64,000 bases of DNA from the human T2T-CHM13v2.0 reference genome, Homo sapiens: assembly GCF_009914755.1 (NCBI RefSeq), contig NC_060947.1. One strand, 5' to 3'. Under the pieces are notes generated by a model, which was not told where the DNA came from, did no database searches, and was given only the letters and a program-made list of their open reading frames with translations. A program made the translations under genes and the position numbers. Of the stretch, positions 37,703-50,673 are shown in pieces; the stretch's first letter is position 1, and every line of letters begins with the position of its first letter.

Positions 37703-40700
37703 AAAGATATTCTGTTTTGATGTGTTTCCAGGATTTGTTTCAAGATTTAGAGCTCCTTTTGGTAGTGGTGGTGGCTTGGAAACGGTGAATTCGCTCAGCA
37801 TTTGTTTGTCTGAAATACAACTGTATCTTTCCTTCATATATGTTGCTTAGTTTTGCTGGGTACAAAATTCTTGGCTGAAGATTGTTTTGTTTGAGGAGGT
37901 TGAAGATAGGGACCCAATCCCTTGTAGCTTGTAGGGTTTCTGCTGAAAAGTCTGCTGTTAATCTGATTCGTTTTCCTTTATATATTACCTGGTGATTCTG
38001 TCTCGCAGCTCTTAAGATTCTTTCCTTCAACTTAACTTTGGATAACCTGGTGACAATATGCCTAGGTGAAGATCTTTTTGCAATGAATTTCCCAGATGTT
38101 CTTTTTGCTTCTTCTATTTGCATGTCTAGGTCTCTAAAAAGCCTGGGGAAATTTTCCTTGATTATTTTCCCAAATATGTCTTCCAAGCTTTTAGAATTGT
38201 CTTCTTCCTCAGGAACACCAATTATTCTTAAGTTTGGTCATTTAACATAATCCCAAACTTCTTGGAGGCTTTGTTTATATTTTCTTATTCTTTGTTTTTT
38301 GTCTTTCTTAGGTTGGGTTAGTTCAAAGACCTTGTCTTCAATCTCTGAATTTCTTTCTTCTTCATGTTCAAATCTATTGCTGAGACTTTCCACAGCATTT
38401 CACATTTCTAAGAGTGTGTCCAAAGTCTCCTGAATTTTTTATTGTTTTTTTCTTTAAGCTATCTGTTTTATTGAATATTTCTCCCTTCACTTCTTGTATC
38501 ATATTTTGGATTTCCTTGCATTGGGCTTCACCTTTCTCTGGTCCCTCCCTGATTAGCTTAATAACTAACCTCCTGAATTCTTTTTCAGGTAACTCAGGGA
38601 TTTCTTCTTGGTTTGGATCAATTGCTGGTGAACCAGTGTGATTTTTGGGGGGTGTTGACAAGTCTTGTTTTGTCATATTACCAGGGTTGGTTTTCAGGTT
38701 CCTTCCCATTTAGGTAGGCTCTGTCAGAGGGAAGGTCTAGGAATGAAGGTTGTTGTTCATATTTTTTTGTCCCATGGGCTGTTCCCTTGATGTAATATTC
38801 ATCCCCTTTTCCTGTGGTTGTGGCTTCCTGTGAGCCAAACTGCAGTGATTGTTGTCTCTCTTCTGGGTTTAGTCACTCAGAAAGTCTACCCAGCTCCTGG
38901 CTGCTGCTGGGGGTTTCTGCATAGAGTCCTGTGATGTGAACCATCTATGGGTCTCTCAACCATGGATACCATCACCTGTTCTGGTGGAGGTGGCAGAGTG
39001 TGCAATGGACTTCATGAGGGTTCTTAGCTTTGGTGGTTTAATGCTTTATTTTTGTGCTGGTTGAACTCCTGCCAGGAGATGGTGTTTTCCAGAAAGCAGC
39101 AGCTGTAGCAACTGGCAGTGGGTAGGACCCTAGAACTCCAAAGATTATATGTCCTTTGTCTTCCACTACCAGGGTGGGTAGGGAAGGACCATCAGGTGGG
39201 GGCGGGGCTGGGTGTGTCTCAACTCAGGCTCCTTGGGAACGTCTTGCTGCAGCTGCTGTGCAGGATGGGATGAGATTCCCAGGTCACTGGAGTTGTGTAC
39301 CTAGGAGGATTATGGCTCTCTGCTGAGTCATGCAGGTTGTCAGGGAAGTGGGAAAAGCCAGCAGTCATAGGCCTCACCCAGCTCCCATGCAAACCAAAGG
39401 GCTGGTTTCACTCCCACTGTGCCACCTGCAACAGCCCCAAGTCTGTTTCCAGATGGAGGGCAGGCTTGAAAACTTACCTGAGGCTCTCCACCTCCCAGCT
39501 GTGAAAGAAAAGGATTTTAGTTCTTTCCCTACCTGTGAAGTCTGCAAGATGGATTCACACCCTCCCCCAAGTTCTGGCCAGGAGGCTTCTGGCCCCACTA
39601 AAATTTTTTAAGAGTTCAGCTGGAAAAGTCCTTCTCCCCAGTGGGGTTCTACCCCCTGCTCCTCTGGCCTCCCTCCTGATGGATCCCTGTGGTGCCAGGC
39701 AGGAATGGGCTGCTTGGGGATTCAGTGAGTTCCCAGGGCCTCCCTGCCACCTCCTTCACCCCTGTATTTCACTGGGCTCGGGTCTCCAACTTGACTTAGC
39801 TCCAGATAAAGCTGGGAATGTCTCCCACAAACAGACATTCAGCTTCTCCAGTGGAGGTGTGTGTTCAGGAAAGCTGAGGATCTCCCTTTTCCACTTCAGC
39901 AGTTGGGGCACTCATGGTATTTGGGGTGTCTCCCCGGTCCTGCAGGAGAAGGCTGCTTCCTTCAGAAGGTCTGTAAGTCCTCTCAGATTGCTGGTTTGTT
40001 CTTGCAGTCAATCTGGAGCTAAAATTCACAATGCAAGCCTCTGCAATGCTGCTCTATCCAGAGCTACAGTCTAATCCTACCTCCTGTCTGCCATGATCCG
40101 CAGCTTTCTGATAATAGTCATTTTAACTGGGCTGGAAATGATATCTCATTGTTATTTTAATTTGTGTTTCACTGATGTTTACTCATGTTGAGCATTTTTT
40201 CATATACCTGTTAGCCATCTATATGTCTCCTTTTGAGAAATGTCTATTTGGATATTTTGCCCTTCTTTTAAAGGGATTATTTGTGTGTGTTTGTTTTTTG
40301 CTGTTGAGTTGAGTTCTTCACATATTCTGGATCATTAAGTTTGCAAATGTTTTCTCCCATACTGCATGATGTCTGTCTCTTCACTCTGTTCATTGTTTCC
40401 TTTGTTATGCAGTGGCTGTTTTATTCTTTATCTGCTATCTAGACTCCCAGACATTGGCTTGTTATAGACTAGAACCACAGGGAGCTGTTTGAAAATTGTG
40501 CAGCCAAATCTTTTACAGGGGGAAATTAGAAGTTGGGCTAATCCTGGGGGCTACAGCTGCTGAGAGTGCTCATGTGGTTCAAAACTCCCCTTTGTTCTTT
40601 GTGCTTGAGGGGAATGCTCCAATGACCTTTCCCTGCCATTCCTCAAGCAAGCTGATTTTAAGAGCCAATCCCTCCATCAGGGACTATAAATATTGGACAC

Positions 40701-40993
40701 TATATGTGTGGTACAAACCCCTTACCCTTCAAGAAAAAGCTGGGAGCTGAGATTTCCTTCCTGATGGCGAAGTGGTGTGCTTAAGGTGGGGTTAACGCAT
40801 GAGTGTATCTCCACTTTTCCTGTCTGTTTTGATGTGGATAATTTATCAATTGTCAAATTTGTAGGAGTTTTTCAACTGGATTTTGGCTTTCTCTTGGAGA
40901 AAATTGATCCATGTATAGATATCTACTAGGCATGTCTATGGGAGAGGGGACTGTCAGGATCCTCCTATTCCATCATCTTGCTGACATCACTCC

Positions 40994-41060
40994 TGGTGAT
41001 TAGGTTTTAAAATATGAAATTCGGGGGCAGGGTTGAGACAGAAACATTCAGACCATAGCA
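40994..41060 (-). mobile_element. MaLR LTR terminal piece (continuation of 15545-16160)
   Basis: GATTAGGTTTT..ATATGAAATT.GGGGG...AAACATTCAGACCATAGCA is the MLT1A/MST terminus missing from the left piece. Confidence 0.7.
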
Positions 41061-41809
41061 TTTAGATTAAGTGACCTTTGGGGTTCTTCTTGCCCAGAGG
41101 ATCTATGACTCTAGGATCTGAGGCTTCAAGCCTGGGAAATGAGGAAAATGATATCTGATTTGGAGCTGGTAAAGGAAGTGAAAGTCCAATTGCTAACATG
41201 TGATCATCATTTCCAATGGTTCTGATCAGGTATTTTACACTGTTAGATGGAAAAATAGATTCTGAGAAACCTTCCTCCTGAGCCTCATGTGCCACCAATA
41301 TTAAACTTGTTAACTGAACACTTTTTATAGCCCAGCACACTACGCAGACACTGGCCTAGTCACTAGGCTTTTCCCCAGGCTCCAGGAGCATCAGCAGAAA
41401 CCACTTGTGGTCCCAGGAAATTTGGTTTTGTAACAAGCCCAGAGCACCCAGTTTTCTTTCTTGGAGGCAGCATTGAGCATGGCCATAGGCTGACTTTCTT
41501 GTGACTCAATGGGTATTTTTGCCATGCATTACCCTCTATGCCAAGCACTACCTGGCACAGGTATTAAGAGGGATACTTTTAAGTAGGTCTCTCCCTCCTC
41601 TCCTCAATTTGACTTATCTATCAGGCAAAGAATACATCTAGTAGACACCCATTGGGTATCCACTCTGTGCCACCCTCCGTACTAGGCACTAGGGTTAGAG
41701 AGATTAACTAGCTATTATTTTTATCTCCAACTTACACGTAAGAAAATGAAATTAGAAGGAGTCCCTTCTCTATCTCCACTAACACTTCTGGTACCACTCT
41801 CCTCCATCC

Positions 41810-42362
41810 ACCTACTCTTTCTCACCATGATCCAGCCGCAGTGGCCTACTTCTTTTTCCCCTAACAGCTCAACCACCTTCCCATTTCAAGGCCTTTTTAA
41901 TAGAAGTTCCCTCTTTCTGAAGTACTCTTTCCTTGCCTCTTTGCATACTTGGCTTCCTCTTACCCTTTAGGTCTCAGCTGAGACACTTTTCCTGAATACC
42001 CTATGTTAAGTCGCCATCCCCCTTTCAGTTACACTGTACTATGTTATTCCATTTCCCCCCCAGAAAATTACCTAACATAAGTGTTTGTTTATTTATTTAT
42101 TACTTGTTTCTTGTATGCCCCTCCACCAACTGCCCACTAGAATGTAAGCTCCTTAGGGGGTAGAGCCTTTGTCTGACTTGTTCACTGTTCCATCCTCAGC
42201 GCCTCACACAGAGCTTGGCAGAAAAAAGTACTTGCTAATACTTGTTGACTGATGGTCTTTACCGTGGTAAAATTGTGAGGTTATTTATCTAATCACTATT
42301 AGCACAGTGCCTGGCACTTAGCTGGTGCTTAGTTAATGTTTGTTGAATGAATGAATGAATAA
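41810..42362 (+). mobile_element. L2 3' end (with possible MIR/L2 pieces)
   Basis: CCACTAGAATGTAAGCTCC, GTTCACTG, GTGCCTGGCAC and a (TGAA)n tail. Confidence 0.75.
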
Positions 42363-42782
42363 ATTTGAACTTGTGCAGAAATGCTCAGCTACTAAGAGGG
42401 AGATCTAGGACTTTCTGGAGTCCCGTAAACTTTGAGGTCTTTCCATTTTACTCCCTCCTATCCAACTCCTCAACCTCTGGTAGCATCTTTGCCCGTTGAG
42501 TTGAATAAACAGCCTTTCTGCCAACTGTGGAGGTCGCAACTTACCTCTCATTTTTTCTATCAGCATGTGATTAGTATCACTAATCATCAGTAATAAGTCT
42601 GCATTGACCACAAACATATTAAAAACCACCCCTTATCCTATGAGGCAGGTTATAGCTCAGCCCCTCCCTGCCCCCAAATATACACGGTTGAGAAAGCAGC
42701 TTATGATCTCAGGGCCAGGGGCTAAGTTGAGAAAGAGGCAAGCCAGAGAACACCTCCTTCATTTCCTGATTTGTTGAGCCTC

Positions 42783-43233
42783 TGTGTTAGTCAGGGTTCT
42801 CTAGAAGGATAGAACTAATGAACAGATGTATATATAAAGGAGAGTCTATTAAGGAATATTGACTCACACGATCACAAGGTGAGGTCCCACAATAGGCTGT
42901 CTGCAAGCTGAGGAGCAAGGAAGCCAGTCCAAATTCCAAAGCTGAAGAACTTGGAGTTTGATGTTCAAGGGCAGGAAACATCCAGCACAGGAGAAAGATG
43001 TAGCCTGGGAGGTTAAGCCAGTGTAGTCTTTTAATGTTCTTCTGCCTGCTTTTATTCTGGCCATGCTGGCAGCTGATTATATTGTGCCCACCCAGATTGA
43101 GGGTGGGTCTGCCTTTCCCAGTCCACTGACTTAAATGTTAATCTCCTTTGGCAACACCCTCACAGATACACCCATGATCAATACTTTGCATCATTCAATC
43201 CAATCAAGTTGACACTCAATATTAACCATCATA
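42783..43233 (-). mobile_element. MLT2A (HERV-L) solo LTR
   Basis: TGTGTTAGTCAGGGTTCTCTAGA...TCAATCCAATCAAGTTGACACTCAATATTAACCATCA. Near TSD GCCTC/TCCTC. Confidence 0.9.
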
Positions 43234-44124
43234 TCCTCTATTTGAATGCCACCAACAGAGGGAGGTTTCACAAAGCCACACTCTCGGCCCCTGTTACCGA
43301 ACCTTTGGCTGTTCCTTTGGGATGTTGAATAAACAACTGACTGATTTCATTCAGCTCTTTGGTCTTAGGCAGACACAGCTAGTGATTCTCCAGGCTGAAA
43401 GCTTGGGCTCACATTGGCCTTTTAAGTCCATCCTCAGCCTCTTTCATGGTCTAGGAACTGTTCAAGCAATGGCACCATTTTATGCCAAGTGCATACCTCT
43501 GGCATGTTGTCTCTTTCCCTACACAACTGCAATTTCTGATACAAAAGCAATTAACTTATTTAATGAAGAAATCTTCAGTTATTGCCAATATGTTAACAAA
43601 GGACTTGCTGATTTGTATTTTGACAATTCTTTTTTAGTTGTCTAACCCACCTCCTGGCCCAGACATGATATCATGTTGATTGTGGTGTGTACCTTCAGGA
43701 AAATGATGTGTTTTCACCTTGCCTCCACCCTACTCTCCAACCTGCAAACAGACATAAATATTTTTCTCACCACAAGGATTTCTAGTCTCTAAGGATTGCC
43801 CAGCTATTCAGACAGAAACCAACTTTTATTCCCCCTCAGGTGTTTTTGAAAAGAGTTTTTCCATTCAAAGGCCATCAAGTGGAACCATAAACAATAATTA
43901 ATAAACAGAAATACTTTTTTGAAATGAGTGACAACCTGGGGCCCTGTCCACTTGGGCCATCACCGTGACCTTGATGGCTGTACTCAAGGATACCCAAAGA
44001 AACCATCGGGGGATCTTTAGAGCAGTTTAAAAACCTCTGGCCTGGAGAAAAAAATCCTTAATGTTGGATGCCTAGCTGATAACATGACCAGTCCACTCAG
44101 GTCACTGCCACAAAATGTGTAACT

Positions 44125-44260
44125 TCCAACTGCAACAATTTATTGAACACTTAGTATGTGCCAGGCCCTGTGTTGAGTGTTCTCCATGATTTTCATTCAG
44201 TACCCACCACAATCATATGAGGTGTGTACCCCTATTATCTCCACTAAGGAAACATGTTTG
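44125..44260 (-). mobile_element. MIR fragment
   Basis: TTTATTGAACACTTAGTATGTGCCAGG...TATGAGGT...ATTATCTCCA. Confidence 0.65.
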
Positions 44261-44344
44261 CTATGTCTTCCTCAAGCTCTGAGCCACTGTAAAACTGCAT
44301 TTTTCAAATAGCAGCTTACAATTTAACAGATCATCCAACTATTT

Positions 44345-47300
44345 TATTTTTTTTCTTAGTATTATTTTATTTTATTTTATTTTTTAAATTAATTTTAATT
44401 TTTATTTTAAGTTCTGGGGTACATGTGTAGGATGTGCAGGTTCATTACATAGGTAAACATGTACCATGATGGTTTGCTACATTTATCAACCCATCACCTA
44501 GGTTTTAAGCCCAGCATGCATTAGCTATTTCTCCTGCTCTCCCTCCTCCCAGCCTCCACCCTCTGATAGGCCTCAATGTGTGCGTTGCTCTGCTCTATGT
44601 GTCCATGTGTTATCATTTAGCTCTCACTTATAAGTGAGAATATGCGGTGTTTGGTTTTCTGTTCCTGGTTATTTTGCTGAGGATAATGGCTTCCAGCTCC
44701 ATCCATGTCCCTGCAAAGGACATGATCTTATTCCTTTTTATGGCTGCATAGTATTCCATGGTGTATATGCACCACATTTTCTTTATCCAGTCTATCACTC
44801 ATGGACATTTGGGTTGATTCCATGTCTTTGCTATTGTGAATGGTGCTGCAAGGAACATACACATGTATGTATCTTTGTAATAGAATGATTTATATTCATT
44901 TGGGTATGTAAGTGGAATTGCTGAATTGAATGGTATTTCCTGTTCTAGATCTTTGAGGAATCACCACACAGTCTTCCACAATAGTTGAACTAATTTGCAT
45001 TCCCCCCAACAGTGTAAAAGCATTACTATTTCTTCACAACCTCACCAGCATCTGTTGTTTCTTGACTTTTTAATAATCACCACTCTGACTGGCATGAGAT
45101 GGTATCTCATTGTGTTTTTGATTTGCATTTCTCTAATAATCAGTAATGTTGAGCTTTCTTTCATATGTTTGTTGCCACATGAATGTCTTTTTTTTTTTTT
45201 TGAGAAGTGTACGTTCATGTCCTTTGCCCACTTTTTGATGGAGATCTTTGCTTTTTTTCTCATAAATTTGTTTACACTCTTGTAGATTCTGGTTATTACA
45301 CCTTGTCAGATGGATAGATTGCAAAACTTATTTCCCACTCTGTAGGTTGCCTCTTCACTCTGATGATCGTTTCTTTTGCTGTGCAGAAGCTCTTTAGTTT
45401 AATTTGATCCCATTTGTCAATGTTTGCTTTTGTTGCAATTGTTTTTGGTGATTTCATCATAAAATCTTGGCCTGTGCCCGTGTCCTGAATGGCATTGTCC
45501 AGATTTTCTTCTATGGTTTTTATAGTTTTGGGTTTTACATTTAAGTTTTTAATCCAATTTGAGTTAATTTTTGTATAAGGTGTAAGAAAGGGGTCCAGTT
45601 TCAATATTCTGCATATGGCTGGCCAGTTCTCCCAACGCTGTTTATTAAATAAGGAATCATTTCCCCATTGCTTTTTTTTGTCAGGTTTGTCGAAGATCAG
45701 ATGGCTGTAGCTGTGCAGTCTTATTTCTGAGTTCTCCATTCTGTTCCATTGGTCTATGTGTCTGTTTTGACCAGTACCATGCTGTATTGGTTACTGTAGC
45801 CTTGTAGTGTAGTTTGAAGCCTGGTAGCATGATGCCTCCAGCTTTGTTCTTTTAGCTTAGGATTGTCTTTGCTATGTTGGCTGTTTTTTTGTTCCATATA
45901 AATTTTAAAATAGTTTCCTCTAAATCTGTGAAGAAAGTCAATGTTCGTTTAATGGGAGTATCATTGAATCTATAAATTACTTTGGGCAGTATGACCATTT
46001 TCACGATATTGATTCTTCCTATTCATGATCATGGAATTTTTTTCCATTTTTTGTGTCCTCTCTTATTTCTTTGAGCAGTGGTTTGTAGTTCTACTTGAAG
46101 AAGTCCTTAACTCCCATTTTCAGCTGTGTTCCTAGGTATTTCATTCTCTTTGTAGCAATTGTGAATGGGAGTTCATTCATGATTTGGCTCTCTGCTTGCC
46201 TGTTGTTGGTGTATAGAAAGGCTTGTGACTTTTGCACATTGATTTTGTCTCTGAAGACTTTGCTGAAGTTGCTTATCAGCTAAAGAAGCTTTTGGACAGA
46301 GACGATGGTGTTTTCTAGATGTAGGATTATGTCATCTTCAAACAGACAATTTGACTTCGTCTCTTCCTATTTGAATACCTTTATTTCTTTCTCTTGCCTG
46401 ATTGCCCTGGGAAGAACTTTCAATACTATGTGGAACAGGAGTAGTAAGAGAGAGCCTCCTTGTCTTGTGCTGATATTCAAGGGGAATGCTTCCAGCTTTT
46501 GCCCATTAAGCATGATATTAGCTGTTGGTCTGTCATAAATGGCTCTTATTTTGAGTATGTTTCTTCAATACCTAGTTTATTGAGAGTTTTTAACATAAAG
46601 AGATGTTGAATTTTATTGAAGGCCTTTTCTGTGTCTATTAAGATAATCATATGGTTTTTGTCTTTAGATCTGTTTGTGTGATGAATTATATTTATTGATG
46701 TGCCTATGTTGAACCTGCCTTGTATCCCAGGGATTAAGCCAACTTGATTTTGTTGGATAAGCTTTTTGATATGCTGCTCTATTTGATTTGCCAGTATGTT
46801 ATTGAGAATTTTTGCATCGATGTTCATCAGGGACATTGGCCTGAAGTTTTCTGTAGTTGTTTTATCTCTGCCAGATTTTGGTATCAGGATGATACTGGCC
46901 TCATAGAATGACTTTTGGAGGAGTCTCTCCTTTTCTATTGTTTGAAATAGTTTCAGAAGAAAAGGTGTCAGCTCTTCTTCGTATTTTTGGTAGAATTCAG
47001 CTGTAAATCCAACTGGTCCTGAGCTTTTTTTAGTTGGTAGGTTATTTATTACTGACTCAATTTCAGAACTTGTTATTGGTCTATTCAGGAATTCACTTCT
47101 TCCTGTTTCAGTCTTGAGAGGGTGAATGTTTCCAGGAATTTATCCATTTCTTCTAAATTTCCTACTTTATTTGCATAGGGGTGTTTGTAGTATTCTCTGA
47201 TGGTTGTTTGTATTTCTGTGAGGTCAGTGGTAATATTCCCCTTATCATTTTGTATTGTTTCTATTTAATTCTTCTCTCTTTTCTTTTTTTTAATTAATCA

Positions 47301-48335
47301 GGCTAGCAGTCTATCTATTTTAATTTTTCAAAAAAACAGCTTCTGGATTCATTGATTTCTCAAAGGGTTTTTTGTGCCTCTATCTCCTTCAGTTACTCTC
47401 TGATCTTGTTTTTTTTTTTTCTTCTGCTAACTTTGGGGTTTGTTTGCTCTTTGTTCTCCAGTTCTTCTAGTTATGATGTTAGTGTGTCAATTTGAGATCT
47501 TTCTAGCTTTTTTATGTAGGCATTTAGTGCTATATATTTTCCTTTTAACAATGCTTTGGCTGTGTCCCCAAGATTCTGGAATGTTGTCTGTTTGTTCTCA
47601 TTGGTTTAAAAAAAAAATTCTTGAATTCTGCCTTAATTTTATTACACACCCAAGAGTCATTCAGGAGCAAGTTGTTCAATTTCCATGTATTTGTGTGGTT
47701 TCTAGTGAGTTTTTTAATGTTGAGTTTTAATTTGATTGTGCTATGTTGGGTACATATATGTTTAGGATAGCTAGCTCTTCTTGTTGAATTGACCCCTTTA
47801 CCATTATGTAATGTTCTTCTTTGTCTTTTTTATCTTGGTCGGTTTCAAGTCTCTTTTGTCAGAAACTAGTATTGCAATCCCTGGTCTTTTCTGTTTTCCA
47901 TTTGATTGGTAAGTTTTTCTCTGTCCTTTTGTTTTGAATCTATGTGTGTCTTTGCATGTGAGGTGGGTCTCCTGAATACAGCAAACTGATGGATCTTGAC
48001 TCTTTATCCAGTTTGCCATTCTGTTTCTTTTAATTGGGGCATTTAGCCCATTTACATTTAAGGTTAATATAGTTATGTGTGAATTTAATCCTGTCATCAT
48101 GATGCTAGCTGGTTATTTTGCAGATTTGTTTATGTAGTTGCTTCATAGTGTAACTGGTCTGTGTACTTCAATGTGTTTTTGCAGTGGCTTCTAAGCATTT
48201 TTCCTTTCCATATTTAGTGCTTCCTTCAGGAGTTCTTGCAAGGCAGGCCTAGTCGTGGCCAATTTCCTCAGCAATTGCTTGTCTGAAAATGATTTTATTT
48301 CTTCTTCACTTATGAAGCTTTGTTTGGCCAGATAT
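44345..48335 (-). mobile_element. L1PA (about L1PA8-10), ORF2 to ORF1 3' end, with an internal deletion near 47745
   Basis: Antisense ORF2 fragments at 45296-45739 and 46546-46836. Endonuclease N-terminus MTGLNSHITILTLNVNGLN at 47804-48100. T-rich tail. Confidence 0.93.
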
Positions 48336-48344
48336 ATTAATGTA

Positions 48345-48785
48345 ATTTAATTTTAAGTTCTGGGATACATGTACAGGATGTGCAGGTTTGTTACATAGGT
48401 AAACGTGTGCCATGGCTGCACCTATCAATCCATCACCTAAGCATTAAGCCCAGGATGCATTAGCTATTTTTCCTGGTGCTGTCCCTCTCCCCACCTCCCC
48501 CACAGCAGGCCCTAGTGTGTTTTGTTCCCATCCATGTGTCCATGTGTTTTCACTGTTCCCACTTATCAATGAGAACATGTGTTGTTTGGTTTTCTGTTCC
48601 TGCATTAGTTTGCTAAGGATAATGGCTTCCAGCTCCATCCATGTTCCTGCAAAGGACATGATCTCATTCCTTTTTATGGCTGCATAGTATTCCATGGTGT
48701 ACATGTACCACATTTTCTTCATCCAGCCTATCAACTTAAATGATGGCATTTAAGTTGATTCCATGTCTTTGCCATTGTGAATAGC
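48345..48785 (-). mobile_element. 5'-truncated L1PA 3' end
   Basis: ORF 48444-48749 is the ORF2 extreme C-terminus plus 3'UTR. Confidence 0.9.
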
Positions 48786-48789
48786 ATGC

Positions 48790-48960
48790 AAACATTTTCA
48801 TGAATCATAACCACATTTTAGAACAGAATAGAAAATACCAGAGTACATAAAATTAAGTGAGTTTTTTCCCTTTGTTTCAACTATAAATGTGTGTGCAGAG
48901 GGGTTTAGGTGCGTATACACATAGTTGCCAGGTAAAATGTTTTTCTTGCTGTGAGTCACT
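48790..48960. mobile_element. hAT-Charlie MITE fragment (MER119-like)
   Basis: AGAATAGAAAATACCAGAGT and GTAAAATGTTTTTCTTGCTGTGAGTCAC resemble the recalled consensus. Confidence 0.45.
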
Positions 48961-50217
48961 CAGCTCCTGTCTTAGGCTTCTTTCTGGTACACCAGGGACT
49001 AGGTAAAGAACTTGTTACACTTAGTGCTGGTTCCAAAGAAAGTCATGGATATTGGTAATTGAGAGATGAGATCAGCCCAGACTCCACTTACCAAGCTATC
49101 TCTTCTTACCCAGGCCTATGTCTTCCCTAAAGAGCAATCTTCTAATCTTTACAATTTTTCTGATCTTTCTAATTTCCAAAAGGGCCATGTGGGCTAGTGG
49201 CACTCCAGTTGACCCAAGAGAAGGAACATGGGTAAATTGAGGAGGTACTAGATTTCCAGTGGCCCATCCCTCAGTCAGCTCCAGGACCTGGTCCACCGGG
49301 AGAAGTCCAGACTAAAAGCACAAGTCTGGGATCCTGCATCCCACCTCAGAAAGGTTGTCAGGTTGTTATAAAAAGGTACTAGAGAATAAGTACTGTTCCT
49401 CTCAGCCACCTTCCTTTCCTCCACCCATTCTTCCTCACCTCTCAGTCCTGACACAGGAATTGGCTCTTGTTCTCAGTCTAGCCCCTTCTGCCAATTTCTT
49501 CTCTGCTTTGGTGCTGCTGTTTATATTGGTAAATATAAAGTTCACCAATACATTGATTTTGAAGAGAACAGACTTTATACTTGTACATGCAAACTGTAAA
49601 TTTTAACAGTTAAAACATCTATTTAGTGTTTAGTAAAGATTTCTAATAGAAAAGAAGACAATGGCAATTATTCCTTGTCCTTCCCCATATTCTATGTTTG
49701 AGTGTGAGTGTGTGGGGGTTGTTCTAAGAGGTTGTGCAGAGAGAGAGAGATCAATTTATTGTTTTTGCACCTCCATCTGAATTTTATGCATGCTGTAGTA
49801 ACAATCAAGCTGTGTTGCTCTGGAGAGATTTTACAGTTTTTCTATGAACATAAGGTTTTCTGGCTTGTAATTTAGTTCTTCACATTTTACACTTGTTTTT
49901 ATAATGCTTTGTAAATGACCTTGCTATAAACATTTGCTTTTGAGACTCCTATTATGACTTCCAAATATTTAAAAAATATTACAAGTGAATATGTGAAAAG
50001 AGCTAGCTAAGTTATGGCAATGGAAGAGAATATGAACATGCATCATATTTATTTACCAATCTATCTATGAAAAGAGTACAACATTGTGAAGGTAGGTTTC
50101 AGAAGTGACTAAATCAACCCTTAAAACAATCAAAAGGAAAAATATTGTAAGGGCAAAGATTTTATACATTGTTAATCTCTTATTTTTATGTTCTGTAAAG
50201 TTAAAAAAAAGTTTTAC

Positions 50218-50220
<3 letters not shown>

Positions 50221-50253
<33 letters not shown>
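50221..50253. repeat. (TG)n microsatellite
   Basis: Direct observation. Confidence 0.95.
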
Positions 50254-50256
<3 letters not shown>

Positions 50257-50631
50257 CTTTTCAGCCAAATGAGACCATTAAACCTTTCTATACTTTGCTC
50301 TTTTAACAGATATATTCTGTTAGCAATATATCTTGCTGATCACTGCATTATCAAAAGGCACGAAGCTTACTCCTGGCTTTTAATTACTCCATAGATTCCA
50401 TTGTCCCTGTTTCCCTGTGTGGTCTTCTGATATAGGATCAGTAGGAGCCATTTGATTGTACATCCTCCTGGCAACAAATGAGGTGGGAATCCTGTTTCCC
50501 AAGACTATTGGCTTCTGGGACTTATGTCAAACCACCCAGAGTAGAAGTTTACACACACACTGGTCAAAAATTTGTATAAGTGGGGCGCCACCATTTTAAT
50601 ACTTTTCTTCTAGTATCAAGGTAGGAAGAGG

Positions 50632-50632
<1 letters not shown>

Positions 50633-50671
<39 letters not shown>
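50633..50671. repeat. (TG)n microsatellite, followed by TG/TA-rich low complexity (~50800-51110)
   Basis: Direct observation. Confidence 0.9.

Positions 50672-50673
<2 letters not shown>

Larger units (their letters stand above)
23567..40103 (-). mobile_element. Full-length L1PB/L1PREC2-type LINE-1 carrying a provirus and a retrocopy
   Basis: 3'UTR (CAGGTGGTATTTGGTTACATGAGTAAGTTCTTTAGTGG). ORF2 fragments at 24558-27779 and 36378-36450. ORF1 fragments at 37740-38709. 5' end on the minus strand GGATCATGGCAGACAGGAGG. TSD CTTT(T/C)TGATAATAG(C/T)CATTTT at 23546-23566 and 40104-40124. Confidence 0.92.

Noticed and set aside
39295-40074. 179-aa and other ORFs antisense to the L1PB 5'UTR (ORF0-like?)
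   Set aside because: GTG-type or weak starts, no recognisable domain, and GC-richer UTR sequence that is naturally stop-poor. No support from the sequence alone.
43322-43645. 107-codon ORF in unique sequence
   Set aside because: No recognisable domain or exon context. The length is within chance expectation.
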